Numbered from the whole stretch's first letter, positions 13,277 to 26,618 are shown. The stretch is 63,011 bases of DNA, filler included, from Porpidia crustulata (GCA_964255105.1; 10 parts of 10 records of this genome joined end to end with filler, not necessarily neighbours in it); one strand, 5' to 3'. The notes: generated by a model from the sequence alone, not told the origin. Numbers and translations: made by a program.

Positions 13277-13522
13277 TCAGGAAATGTTTCGAGGAGTTAG
13301 GAGAGCCTCGATAGGTCTTCACGACAAACTGATGGTCAAAGCAAGCAAGAGGTATGAGAGTTGGAAGTGGGTTCTCAAGAGAAGATATTGTGCTTCACTC
13401 GTTCACAATAGAAGTGGTACTAATTCCAACCTGGAGTGTACAACGTCCTTGGGTCCGAACTCCACGCTTACTGCTGGATAAACAGCCTCTCAAACGCCAT
13501 GGGGACCCAACGACCGGGTATT

Positions 13523-14525
13523 TCAGCTGCAGATTTCGGCCATCGCGAAATACCCCTTATTCTCAATCACCCCTCTGTCTCGCACAACGGCGGTATATTT
13601 GACGACCCATTGCGGCGCAACCTCGCCCTTCAGCCCTTTCGATGCATCTTCTGGCCCTGCTAGCACGCCAGCGCCGTTTTCACCCGCGCCCAGGAGATCT
13701 CTCACTGTCCCCCTGGGGAGGATATTGGTGCAATCGTTGTGTGTCAAAAGTTCAATTTTCTCGGTCTTGGCATACAATATCAGGCTCTTGGGTACAACAC
13801 AACAGTCTTTGACGTTGATCTGATCCACCGAAGGCCGCACCCTCGTTCTCGGCAGGAACTTTTGCAAACGCTCGCTCCCAAACTCTGCAAGTCCAATCTG
13901 TAATGCCACGTCCTTTGAATGGAGGTCTTCGAGTGCTCGCCAGGACTCCGTCATAGCGTCCAAATCTTCTGCTTCGCTGTTGTGGCTTCCGTCTGATGCC
14001 TCCTCTTCCTCTTCCTCGTCATCTGCGTCAAAGGATACGCCTGGGAAAGAGACGATTAGGAGATCAATTGAGGGGACACGGAGCTCTCTTAAGACCAGAT
14101 CTATTGCCTCGTTTGTATGCTGGCGCCTCTTTGCTGCGGAGGTATTTGGGAGAAAGAAGAGCTTCACCGTGATGTCGTATTGCGACCTTTCTTCGGCGAG
14201 TCCGGACTGGGAGAAGTCGATGGATGGTATGTATAGAAGCCCGTTCTCCCGAGATGTCCATATCGTATATGGTGTATCACGAGCCTTTGTCTTTGACTCT
14301 TTGTCTAAACTGAAATGATCAACACCATTTGTCACTGGAGCAAATGCTTGTTTCGAGGCAGTGAAATTCGAGCGCAGAGAATTGACGAGCTCGGTGTTGG
14401 ATTTTTCTGATGTGGGTCGCCGAATGATTGAGGGACCTCCATTCATGATATTACTATGTGACTTAATACCTATACATTGATATACAACATACAACTCACG
14501 AAGTGGACAGTATGAGCTTCGTCAT
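13523..14525 (-). CDS. Glutamate-cysteine ligase regulatory (modifier) subunit, aldo-keto reductase fold
   Basis: MTKLILSTS|NIMNGG start across a short intron; YDITVKLFFL, IGLAEFG, LLTHNDCTNILP and WVVKYTAVVRDRGVIENKGY motifs. Confidence 0.88.
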
Positions 14526-14966
14526 TTTGCGATTCTGGCCTGTATCATAGGTCTTCCCCCCAATGCTTAGTTCCAATGGTCAAGCTTAGCAGATGCACCT
14601 CTATTCTTCCTGATCTCACTAGGTCTATGGAAGTTATGCACCAAGCTGTCTGGCTGCTATAGGTAGCACAGAGCCTCCTAAGGGGACTTTCAACTATAGG
14701 GGAAGACAAATATTACCCTGAGGAAAATGATGTCCCAATCGAAGCTGTCTGTAGAATTTGATAAGCAAAAGGATGTCTACAAGCCAGCTATACCTTAGGT
14801 GCTTAGGAAATTGTGGAAAATGGGTAATTATGAGGTGTTCTGTGCATGAATGTTCATGTTGGCGGGGGCGAGGTGGGTTTTTTTCCGCCTTGCGAGGTCC
14901 GACTTCTTGCCTATCTCTTTGATTGCCCACACACATTTCTCCCCTCATGTGCCCATCCTACTCAGT

Positions 14967-15808
14967 ATGGCCATCAAGTAGGTCATACTACTTCCGTAAA
15001 TATTTCACCCGTACTGATATCATACAGCTATCTGATCCTTCTATCCAGACAGGGAAAAGTGGTATAGCTCACTCGTCACCCACCCTCCTGAAGTCCGCAC
15101 ACTGATCAAGAGACAAAAAAGCGCCTTGCAAAATGGTTCACCACTCTGTCACCCAAAGACAAAGCCAAGATCATCAAAGATGTTTCTCAGCTTGTATTAT
15201 CACGGAGAACTCGGATGTGTAACTTCCTTGAGTACAAAGGTTAAAAAGAATGTCCATAATTGATGGAGTTACATTGGCTGATGCTTGACCCACAGATACC
15301 AAGGTCGTTTACCGTCGCTATGCTTCACTCTTCTTCATTGCTGGCTGCTCCTCAATAGACAATGAACTTATCACTCTTGAGATCGTCCATCGTTACGTGG
15401 AACAGATGGATAAATACTATGGCAACGTCTGCGAGCTAGACATCATTTTCAACTTCCAGAAGGCATACTTCATACTCGACGAGCTATTATTAGCGGGGGA
15501 GATGCAGGAAAGTAGCAAGAAGAATGTGCTAAGGTGTATCAGCCAGCAAGATAGTCTAGAGGACATGGAGGTTAGTGCAGGAAATTTTCCTACTGCAGTT
15601 CGCTCAACAATGGACCTTTTTGATACGTGGGTTGAGAATCATTGATCGTATGCAAATGGTAAAAACAAGACGGAATCAACCTTTGGCTTCATGTGTTTGA
15701 TCGATATTAGCCATGCTTTTCGTTTGCTTGATCCTACTCTTATTTCAATAACTGACGTGCGTTCATCCGGATCAGGTCGACGATGAGGGCGTCACCAAGA
15801 TGATGTGA
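14967..15808 (+). CDS. APS1: AP-1 clathrin adaptor small (sigma-1) subunit
   Basis: Spliced product [21 protein letters not shown]...[12 protein letters not shown]...[33 protein letters not shown]; four introns. Confidence 0.93.
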
Positions 15809-16610
15809 TAGATATCCTTTCTGATGGAGTTACTTTATATCCATTGTTTCTTCCAATCATTATGCTAGATTTATATAAGGGAAGGAAAAACTCCCAAGCT
15901 GACAAGCTCCGATTCACGGAAACAGGATACAGGAGAGGTGATGGATGCACTACGCCAAGCGGGACTTACTTGACTTATCAAAGTTTTCCGGAAGGTGCTA
16001 TTAGCTTTCCAAGGTCGGATCAGGGTTTTCGCTTATCTGGCAGGAACATGATGACAGGCAGGCGTTTATTGAGAGACCCTTCCCGTCGATGTACGGTCGT
16101 GGTCGTGCTCGTGCCATAAGCTGGGAACGACTAACATTGACGCGCACAACAAGGTTCAGCTCGACTGCCTCTAGTCACTCCCTTGCACACACCCAGCGGG
16201 CGGATACAAGAGCGATCACTCAATGTTTTCGAGTATGATGGTTGAAATCGTCCAGATCTCATGGAGCGGATTGTAGAAGGGAATGGTGCACAAATCTGGA
16301 CCCTTACTAACATCATCTCTCGCAAACCTAATTCAGAAAGATCCTGTTCTCAAAGTCAAGTGCTAATCCAGAGGTGCTTTTGGCTTCCATTGTACTCTTG
16401 GACTGCATCGGGTTGGTTTAGGTTGCCGAGGACGCTGACTAATGAAGTAACCTCGCCGTCTGTCCCCGCAGCATCATCCAAGATCTTGTTCCTTTCTTTA
16501 TCTTCATAATTAACTGATCCATCCTCACAGCATATCATGTCGCATCATTGCGATACGCTCTATGCCTGCTAGACGCTATGCGTCCGGCAAGCATAAATAG
16601 AGCATTAAGA

Positions 16611-16709
16611 CATCCCGCCGAGCTTTGTTGTCGCGACATCTCCTTTAGAACCTGCAACCCGCCGAGCTTTGTTGTCGCGACATCTTCGTTAGAAGTCCGC
16701 ATCCCACCG
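16611..16709. repeat. ~44-45 bp tandem duplication (about 2.2 copies), each full copy containing the palindrome TGTCGCGACA, upstream of MAF1
   Basis: cccgccgagctttgttgtcgcgacatct occurs twice (starting ~16614 and ~16658), followed by a partial third unit catcccaccg. Confidence 0.85.
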
Positions 16710-16911
16710 GTAGCGTTAATCGTGCACTTTCTCACCTGACCTCATCTTATTTGTTATCATCACTTATCATCCCGCATCTATCGCTTTGGCTTGAGCCCGG
16801 GCTATCATAGTAACATCAATCCAGGGATCATTGAGTACCAATGTCATCTGTTTGATAGCGCCTTTAGAGCACTTATTGATTAATTTCAAGTGGCTCTGAC
16901 TGTGGCCCGTT

Positions 16912-18102
16912 ATGAAGGTGAGTGTCCTACGTCAGGTCATGACTATGCGCAGCTCGTCTCCATCATCGCAGAAGAAACTGATGTCAAGCGAGACTAAATG
17001 CTAACACTCCTGCCTACAGTATCTCCCACTACGTGATTTCGAAGAAGTCAGCAATGCGCTCAATTTCGACACCGCCGACTGTCACATTATCGGTGGATGT
17101 GATCTCTATACTACAAAAGCGGGTGGCGCGGACAAGAAGTTATACAAGAGCATTGACAAATCACTCGAAACGCAATACGCTACCACTTTAAGCATCATGG
17201 CAACCCTGTCGCCATCGCAAGCAAGCGCGGCCGCTTTGTCACTCAATTTATCTAGATCAAGTCCGTTCGGGCCCCTCAGTCAGACTTCCAGTAGACGGAC
17301 GTTCGCCTACCTTATAGCAATTCTCAATGCTAGCCATCCGGATTATGATTTCTCACATATCCTCCGACCCACGGATTTTCGTCGAGAGAATAGCTTAAAA
17401 CATGTGATGAATATGATAGATACCACACTCTACAATCTGCGCCCGAGGTCAGCCAGCTTCTTACCAGACGCTCCTCCACATTGGTCTTCCAGCGTCACTT
17501 GGTCCGGGTCAGCTGGTCTAAGCGGAAACGATGTGTGGAGCCCTCGAATGTGGAGAATAATTGATGGGGAATTGAGTCTCAAAGAATGCACCGTGTACTG
17601 TTATGCACCAGAAGAGGACCCCTACGACGGCGAAGAGGGGGCCATTTGGAGCTTCGATTACTTCTTCTTCAACAAAGTTCGCAAACGAGTCTGCCATGTA
17701 TACCTTCGTGGCTTGAGTATACTTAGCCATAGTCCCGCCCTGAGAACTCCGGTAAAATCTAAACGAAGTGCGGATGGTGAATGGGGTTTGGACGAGCCTT
17801 CAAGCTCGAAACGAGCGAGGTACTGGTTAGGTGACCGGGCTGTAGATGTCAATGATGAGACTGATGACGATAATGAGCTCCCAGAAGGTTGGAGTGTCGA
17901 GAATTCTGGTCCCACAACATCAAAATCCCAGGAGAAAACGAACGAAGCCAAGGGAGAGAAGGGGGAGAAGGGAGAGGAGATTGCCGATGAGATGCAAAGC
18001 GCGACCGATGACGGAAGCTTGAGTCCGAAGAGTAACAGAAGTCACAGCAAGAGCACGGTTCGCGGCATGAGTGAGGATATCGCCATGTCGATGGAGGTCT
18101 GA
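16912..18102 (+). CDS. MAF1: Repressor of RNA polymerase III transcription Maf1
   Basis: MK|YL start (intron 16918-17019), GGCDLYTTK...DKKLYK, PFGPLS...SRRTFAYLIAILNASHPDYDFS, WSFDYFFFNK, acidic tail. Confidence 0.95.
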
Positions 18103-19083
18103 GATCGATTTCGCTTTCGTTCCAATGTCCACCAACAACGAGATTCGGTCTTTTGAACCGAAAGACTTTTTCAGCGCAATGGTGTTGGAGGTGCCTTGAT
18201 ACGATGCTTCCTTGGCGTGTACGATAGCACGAGTTTCCTTTTCCCTTCTTACTCGATACCAGCTCATGGAGTGACGGGTGTTCTCGGCAATGTAAATTCG
18301 GTTTCGCGGTCTTCTGATTCTGCTGGGCGGACGGGATATTTGTAACGTACAAACAGCTGTCCACCAACTTCGAGGTTTTCTTCTTTGATACGTTAGTAAT
18401 CAACTGAACACTTTAATGATGTTACAGCTAAGTGTTTAGCTTGCAAGTGCCGTGATGCTTACCGACTGGCAGTCCTTCAATCGTATCAATGATGGTCAAT
18501 GCTTCCCATGTAGCGCCTTCCAACACTTGGATCCGTGTTGTCCATGAATGCTCCCCAATCCTAGTAGAAAACAATCCACAGCACCCGGTATATCCAACGT
18601 TCCAAAACCAGGACAAAGTTGTCCACTCAGATGGATTTACTCTATGATTTTGCATCCCATCCCCAATCGAACCAACCATACTCTAGCACCAGGTCGACGA
18701 CCTCGCCTGCATCAGATATGGTCTTCACATTTCCGTACTCCAGCAAACCCACCATCATATCTCCCTACCACCTATCCAGTAAAAACAAACCAACCATTTC
18801 TCTCTCCACACAAAACAACCACGACCATGATCGACCGCTCTCATTCTTCGCACTGAAAGGTCAATAGGATATGTCGTGTTATGTTATCATGNNNNNNNNN
18901 NNNNNNNNNNNNNNNNNNNNNNNNNNNNNNNNNNNTTAATTAATTAANNNNNNNNNNNNNNNNNNNNNNNNNNNNNNNNNNNNNNNNNNNNCTCTTAGCT
19001 GAGCCCTCAATACCTATTGAGTCTAGCCTAACCCGCTTCCACTCATCGTAGTACGCCTTCGCTACAAAAACCCGTATCCGGTT

Positions 19084-19153
19084 GCGAACAGATTGTGGGG
19101 TAGAGCCTTTCCGGGGGTCCGGAAGGTTGCGCGTTCGAATCCCTCTGTCGGCA
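19084..19153 (+). other. Degenerate tRNA-like / Pol III B-box element (possible SINE head or tRNA pseudogene)
   Basis: GTTCGAATCC B-box, central hairpin ttccgg/ccggaa, and partial pairing of gcgaacaga with tctgtcggc. The stems are imperfect. Confidence 0.25.
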
Positions 19154-20477
19154 TCTTCTTGGCCCTGTAATGGGTTAGGAGGGTGTTGGAATATAACCCA
19201 TTATAGTGCTGCAGTTACTGTGGCGGCCGCCCTTTTAGCTTAACACTCTTGAAATATATGATGGGCTGACTTAGGGTGAAAAGGGTTGTGGATTGAGTCG
19301 GTCTAGCTACGTGTCTATATATTGGAGGTCAGGTGATCTTACTAGCGTAAGCACCCCGAACACCTAGTCGTAGGACCTAGATGCTCTGTTTTCAACAGAT
19401 GGGAATATAGATCGCTTTATAGCGGTTCATACGTCTTCTAAAGATCTTTTCGGCTATTTTCGAGCTGAATGCGTTTCATAAGAAATCACACATTAGACAA
19501 GTCAATCTCGTAAACCTTTTGATGGTAATAAGGTGCTCGGGAAAGACATTAAGGTTTTGTAACGAGATGTATTACTTAATGAACCGTCGAATAACATTTT
19601 CTTCCTTATGCTTTGTTCCGTTTAAGAATATGCTGCTCAGGGATGACGTGCTCGACGATTCTAAAGACTGAAGCTATGGACTAGAAGATTCTCTTGCACT
19701 ATCTATTAAAGACATCAACTCTTTAATTAATGTATAAGATATAGGGAATGCTCGTTCTATGTGAATAAATCTGCGAGTGATTGCTAACTTCAGGATCGAT
19801 AAACAAAGTGCTTAGATTTAACATGATCATAGGCAGTGCGAATCTCTTCATCTTCAGACGTCTCTTTTTATCTAATAATCATCACTGAATCACTTAGAAT
19901 TGTAGATTAGGACTCATCCTCTTTCAAACTTTACACAGTGTAAATAGAAAGGTGTAAAAGTTTTTTAAGGGGCAGCTCAGCCGCGCTCCCCGCGGATAAC
20001 CTTGTCCGAACTGCGCCTAAAGACGATGCCTCTTGCTGCCTCTTCTTGCCATTAAATCAGCTAAAATGATTTGGGGAAGCTGCTGAATGGATTTATGAAT
20101 AACTAAATAGAACTTAGATTTGGCTACGTCAAGGCTCAAAGGATGGAATTCAAGTCCATGAGATTAAATCACTCTTGGTTTTCAGCGTTACCAAATCATC
20201 AACTTCTACAAGTTGATCATGAACAGCAGAAGAGAAAAGACAGGCTTGGAAGTTTACATAATCCTTGAATTCGAAGACCGGAATTACCTTGAAGTTCGTT
20301 GTCTCATAGCATACCCTTATGGTATGTCTGTAAAATGCCAAACATAACAATAACGCTCATTAGGGGGCAGATTACCATCAGACATAGCAGTAACGTCTCG
20401 TGCAATAAGAGGTGATTACTGACATCACCGGTTTTCGATACGTGACCGGTGCAAGGAACCAGAATGACGCTGATTCA

Positions 20478-21829
20478 CTAGACCACGTCGTGAGCCACTA
20501 CCATCCGTTCTCCTCCTTCATTGAATACTCCTCTTGTTTCGGGAGACATCTTGTCATTAAAGGCGTTTGAGTCGCCGGACTTCAATATATGGCCCGACTC
20601 TTGTTTAGCAGATGTAATCTGCGGTAGAGCGTCTTGACCGAAGTGCTGTCGGACCTGCCAGAAGTGGCTCCTGCTATTGGTACCTGGTCCAGAGCTATCC
20701 CTCGTGAGCCGGTGTCCATCGTTATTTGGACTTCTTGGTGGAGTTCCTAAGTCTGCAGGATTCGCTGACTCTGTGTATTGCTTGCTCCGTGAAAGTAAAA
20801 AAATTGATTTGATGGAGGATAAAAATCTGGTTTTGGCGAGCAAGTGTTGGAGGAAAGAGGCGCAAGCTGGCATGGAAGCTACCATGATGGCGACATTAGT
20901 TTCAATAATACTAGGATATTTCAGTCATACTTTCTCCTTGGGATTGAACTTATGATCGGTACTTACTTCAATATCTCCACAATGAATGAATTCCAGAGTC
21001 CATCAGAGCTTTGTAGCAGCTTAGTCTTATAAATCACACCCAGAATGCTAGACACGCAAGCGCTATAAACTCATTAGCTGGCTGGGTTATCGAGGAGGGC
21101 TCGGGGAAATTACATTAGACCTGTCGAGAAGATAGCCAGAACACCAAGCTTGCGTTTCAACCCCAATTGTAGCTTCCACACTATCAGGATAGGTAAACAA
21201 AAGACGTAACTGTCTAGTATGACACTCATTGCCCCTTGAACTACAGCCCATATTCCTTCATGTTGGCATCTTTGAGCCACCGATAAGCCGGCGAAGCTTT
21301 CTCCTTGTCGTGGTGCACACAAGGCTCCAGCAACAATCACGGTGGTGATGGAGTTGAGGGTGGCCCAGAGCATACCGACGTAGATCAAAGAGCGGAACCT
21401 TTGTTTCAGAGAGAACAACCTGAACAGCAGCATCAGGATAGAAAGCTTAGCAAACAATAATGCAATAGCCCCAACAATGTTAACTGCAAGTAGAATCTTG
21501 AAAAAGCTGGAATCGAAGCTAGTGATGGACATGTCCCACATATGTCTAGCGAACTTCCTTATATTTAGGATGAGGCCTATAAGGGACAAGGACGAGGCCA
21601 TGGCCACGATAGATGCATAGTCGTCATATCCCGCTGATCGAGTGATTTTGAACCTCGAATACAATCGCGCAGATAGAAAAGCGACTGCAAAAATTGACGT
21701 TGCTACGCTGATAGCAACAATGGGTTTCGCCAACGTCGTAGGATTGACAAAATTTGGCTGTACTCCGGGAGGCGGTTGCATGGATGGAAATTGTGATAAG
21801 TCAAGACCTTGGGGGAGAGCTGAATTCAT
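20478..21829 (-). CDS. Pth11/SAT4-like rhodopsin-domain integral membrane protein
   Basis: PPPGVQPNFVNP N-terminus, RLYSR...GYDDY, AKLSILMLLFRLF, D-YVFCLPI-VWKLQL, ETNVAIMVASMP. Two GT-AG introns near the 3' end join in frame. Confidence 0.88.
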
Positions 21830-22720
21830 CTTGAATTAGCAACGAAGTAATTGGTAGGAGACCAGGAATGAACAAGGCGAGATTGGAAATGCCCTCAAGA
21901 GAAAGTGGGTAGGTCTTTGTTTTTAACATGCAACGCCTTCGGTTATGCTCGCTCCAAGCTGAAATAACCCACGTCTACCTTGTCATATCGCCGGTTCATG
22001 AAGTGCGACTGCTGCACTGATGTTATGTGGAAACACATCAAAATCCATCTACGAGCCAGAATCCTACATGGGGCACGGTAAAGATAATTCTTCTGGTTCG
22101 CGTGCATGTATCTCATACATACGTATATATCCGTATGAGTGTTTGCCAATTCGCGTCGGCATTTGGACGACTCGACAGGGCGTGCATGAGGCACAACACA
22201 GCAGGCACGTTGATCAGGAATAAGAGCACCAGAGGACTCTGCTCTCGATAGAGATTGTCAGGTCAAAGACATGCCTCTGATGTGATACGGCTAGTGTGCA
22301 CAAGTCTTCGGCACACCTTAAATCTTTTGTTTAGATATCGAAAACAGTGTTTTTGATCCTTTTCTCCAATTCCAAAACGGCCATCTCTTATGCATGTGAC
22401 GATACTTAAGAGGATGTCCTAATGGGAAGGGTGAAAGGTCAGATAGGTGTGACTACGACGACGCTTCATTGGATGTGAATCAGGCTCAGCCTCTCTGTGC
22501 CCTTGGCTTGCCGTGCATTAAGTCGATTATGACATGCAGTAAGGCGAAAAGGCGTGAGAAGGTAGGTAGGTAAATAGGGCGTCGCATCTACCTACCTGCA
22601 AGAAAGGTATCATCGCAGGTACCCCGCACCGATGATAGATAGAAACTCGTCTGCTTCTGCATTAGCAAAAGAGCTTTACTTTTTTCTTGCGTTATACTCC
22701 AACAATTAGCCAATAATAGC

Positions 22721-24139
22721 ATGTTCTCTCCCCTCACTATTCTATTCTTTATCATTTTTTTGCAAGTATCTATCAATGCACTGGTCGTTGGCTTCACGCC
22801 GCCCTCTTCACTCCCGCGCCTCCTAGCCCTTCCTCCCGTGGTAGCATGTGTCTTTTATATTATTCCGATATGTTTACCCGCAACGAGGAGAGCGATATGG
22901 GCTGCTTTGCTCGGAGCGCATAGCCTCAGTTTTCTACTTCAGTACATTGATACTCCCCTCTTAAGCAAATGGAGCGTGGAAACCAATGGCCCCAGTATTC
23001 TGCTAGGGAGCACTCAGAGATCCACAGGAGCAAGTCAAGTTGTCACACCAAAGGCGCCCTCTCCTTGGAATCGTGTTTGCTTTGGATACCATGCTGCCGT
23101 ATCGACACGGAACGTAGGTACCACCTTCGAGGTCAAGGGAATCCCTTCGTTCTCGTATGAAGATCCTTACTACATGCCTTCCAAGCGCAAATTTCTAAGC
23201 CAAAAGATCATCCTACTGCTCTCTTGCTATCTAATCCTTGATCTTTTGACCTTTGCTTCTCAACCTGAGCAGAATCCAATCCTATATCAGGAAAGTAGGA
23301 TTTCTTGGAGACACTTCGAAAATTTATCAATTGAGCAATTGATTATTAGGTCGACAAGTACCCTAGGATTCTGGGTCAGTTTGTACTGCGTAATTCAATT
23401 CTACATGGGCACTGTAGCTTTTGCATGTGTGGCGTTGAATCTTAACGACGTGAAATCCTGGCCACCTGGCTTTGGAGCTGTCGGCGAAGCCTATAACCTG
23501 CGGCAGTTTTGGGGGTAAGTGATAACCTTTTCAGTGAATAGTATATCAAGACTCCCTATGGTTTGTAATAACTGCTCTTTTTCTATACTTCAAATAAGAC
23601 GACAATCATTAGCGTTGTTAAGGAGAGAGTGGATTGTTCAAGCCGGTTGATCATCAAGCTGACATAGTTCCTGCAGAGTTTTCTGGCACCAATATCAACA
23701 ACAAAAGCTGTCAAGCCCTGCCAACTTTGTCACCAATTCCCTTCTACGGTCTTCCAGGGGAACATTGGCTTCACGTTACACTCGCTTGTTCCTGACGTTC
23801 CTCTAGTCTGGCATCCAGCATGCTCTCAGTGATGTTGCACAGGGTCTCGAGTGGAATCGGTCCGGCGCTGTTCGATTCTTCTGCACACAGGCTGCAGGTA
23901 TTATCGTGGAAGATATCGCTCAAGCTTTATACCGTTCCCCAAGGCGTGGTACGAGAAAGCCATTACTAACTCAGTCAGCTGCTACCGTAGTGGGCTATAT
24001 TTGGGTCTGCGCATTCATGGTTTGGTCAACGCCAGTCTGGATATATCCATTACTATATACAAACCGAGGGGAGAAGAAAGACATTGTTGTGCCGCTTTCG
24101 CTTGTTGGACTATTCGTCCAATATGTAGAGATTTGGTGA
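22721..24139 (+). pseudogene. Membrane-bound O-acyltransferase (MBOAT-2 / Tri7-like) with in-frame TAG at 23804-23806
   Basis: RNVGT motif, then WPPGFG...AYNLRQFWG|VFWHQ across the intron at ~23516-23676, then RYTRLFLTFL*SGIQH and FFCTQAAGIIVED. Confidence 0.75.
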
Positions 24140-25038
24140 AGCCCTATAGATCTCACGAACTGAGGACTGAGGGTATTGGAAAATCTGACTTCTGCCACAT
24201 TCTTAATCAGGGCCTAAAGGAGGCTGTGAATTGTCAACGTCTAGAAGACACGCATTTTAGATATTCACGAAAGCTGTCACATAATTACAACTAAAGCCCC
24301 CCATACGCCCAGTCATGGATTACTAAAACCCATGAACAATGGAGTCTTTCAAAATGAAAAATTCATATGAAGTGTCTTCCAGGTATCAAATCCTTGTAAG
24401 TCCATTTACCATGAATCTGGATACTAAGTATACCGTCCAGTAACCTGAGGATCAGATATCCGCTTGGCTCCTAAGCCGATTCCAATCCACTGCTCGGTAC
24501 GACTTAAATACCTCGACGCCACTCCCTGCTGTTGGTCAGTCAAGTGCTGTTGCTCTTTATCTTTCAACTATCTCGGAGTCATCCTATGACGAGCCACTCA
24601 TCAACTGGATCCGAGATCTAATTCGAGAAGTAGCTTTTCGCACCCGCCGACTAAAGCAGAAAGTAATTCGACGGACACGGCTCAAATTATGGCTCAAATA
24701 TTCAATCAAGTCCCTTTTACCCAGGATATTGATGTTGGCAAATCGAAGGGAACGTACCGTCGTGGTTCGAAAAATTGCTCGGGTCGCCGTCGAAGTCACC
24801 AACGCTACCCGGCTCCCGCGTACAATGACGTCAATAATATGGGACCGCGGAACCCTGATGTGGATCCCAGACTTATCAACAACTTCCCTCGATCGTATCT
24901 TCACACAGCTCAAATTACAGCCCACGACGAATAATCTCAAGAAAAGAACCACAATTATCATTACAAGAGCCAGTCGTCCCGCACAGCTATATCATCGTCC
25001 ACCTTCGTCACCCTAACCAACAAAACCCCACCCCACCA

Positions 25039-25169
25039 ATGGCGCCAAACGACAACTTCATATCCCGCGGCATCCAATCCGGCGTCGCAGCGGCTGGCTC
25101 CCTCGCTGGCGGAATCGTCGATGGTGCCGGCAAAACCGTTCAATCCTCCGGCCGAGGCGTCGGAAATTC
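25039..25169 (+). CDS. First exon of a small Gly-rich fungal hypothetical protein (truncated by contig end)
   Basis: MAPNDNFISRGIQSGVAAAGSLAGGIVDGAGKTVQSSGRGVGNS, followed by a GTAATG donor and a pyrimidine-rich intron. Confidence 0.55.
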
Positions 25170-25724
25170 GTAATGCTCCCCTCTCATACCTCTTCTCCCC
25201 CTTTCCCAGTAACCCTTNNNNNNNNNNNNNNNNNNNNNNNNNNNNNNNNNNNNNNNNNNNNTTAATTAATTAANNNNNNNNNNNNNNNNNNNNNNNNNNN
25301 NNNNNNNNNNNNNNNNNGAGAAAGGGCGGGGAGTGGAGAAGGGTAAGCGGACTATGGCTGCATGGTGGTGGAGATGGTGGGCAGTGGTAGAGGTGTATTG
25401 GAAAAGGAAATGGGAGAGGGAGTGAGGAAGGGAGGATGTGTGGTTTCGGTTCTCGGCGCGATTGGGTATTATCGTCTTAGGCCGGTCTCGTTCTGCGTTC
25501 GTGATTTATAGCGAGATTTTAAGGCGCAGGGAACAGGTCAGATTGAGACCTCGGAGCGAAGGCTGGGCGGCTTTGTCCCACTTTCGAAGCGTATCAAATA
25601 TTGATGCTGCTGCTAGTATCCCCATCGAAGGTAAGCTGCCCGCTATAGCATATTCTCCGACGTACAGTCCATTGCAGTTGGTCCAGCGCAGTAGCACAGC
25701 CATCCCTCCCTGGCCATCCACCGT

Positions 25725-26532
25725 CTAGACCTTGAAACCCCTCGATCGTCTCCTCCCACGAGCGCGCTCGAATTTCCTCCCCTTGCTCTCCACATACGGT
25801 TTCTGCCATCCCATTAGCCCAAATCATCCCAAAAACCAGACTCCCCAAGGAAAACTCACCTTGTGGCTATGCGGCCCAAACCCGAAATGCTTAACGGCCT
25901 CCCTCGAGTTCTTTGGTCCCCGCAGCAACAGCGTATTCGCTCCGGTCGGCGCTCTCAGAGCAAGCTGATCCAATGTCAGGCACTCGCCTCCGGCCTTCTC
26001 GATTCTCGCGCGCGCGGTCGCGGTATACCTCAATGCGGCGACGGTCAGCTTCGGGACGGTGAGCAGGCGGGTGTCGTCGGTGATGGTGCCGATGACGACG
26101 AGAGTCTTTTCGGGTCGGGCGAGGGTGGCGAGACGCGAAAGGGATAGGGGAGGGCGGTTGACGCGGGACATGAACAGGCGACGGAGGACGACGCGGTTGA
26201 AGGGGGAGGTTGTACGGCCTGTAATTATCGGTTCGTTAGATTTGGGATTTGGATGGTTGGGAGAAGGGCATTCCAGTCGGGGAAAACGTACGAGCTAGGA
26301 AGCGATATAGCTTGACGAGGAGTTTGAGATAGACATTGTCGCTCTTTGGCGCCTTACGATGGCTGGAGCGGACGTGATGGTCATCAAGGTCGATACCTAC
26401 AGGATTTGAGTGTTAGCTAGTGATTTGTTCTGGCGCGCTGGTAATTCGTGCTACGTAGTCATTGGAACATCATTGAAACATTGTGGCAACAGAGAGTTGA
26501 GAGTAGGTGTGTGAGATGGTCGACTTACCCAT
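25725..26532 (-). CDS. RPL18: 60S ribosomal protein L18 (eL18)
   Basis: [37 protein letters not shown]...[12 protein letters not shown]...[16 protein letters not shown]...[16 protein letters not shown]; three introns. Confidence 0.96.
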
Positions 26533-26618
26533 GTTTGCGGCTGGGGGTGGGTAACTGGATGATAGAGGTTGTCATTGAGGTTTTGAAGGCTTGTAAGTTA
26601 TCGTGGGTCTCGCTTAAT

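Noticed and set aside
16611..16709. CRISPR-like repeat-spacer array
   Set aside because: Only two full copies, the intervening segments resemble each other, the context is eukaryotic and there are no cas genes.
24584..25016. Several overlapping 80-125 aa ORFs
   Set aside because: No motifs or coding-like composition. Probably the upstream region of the gene starting at 25039.
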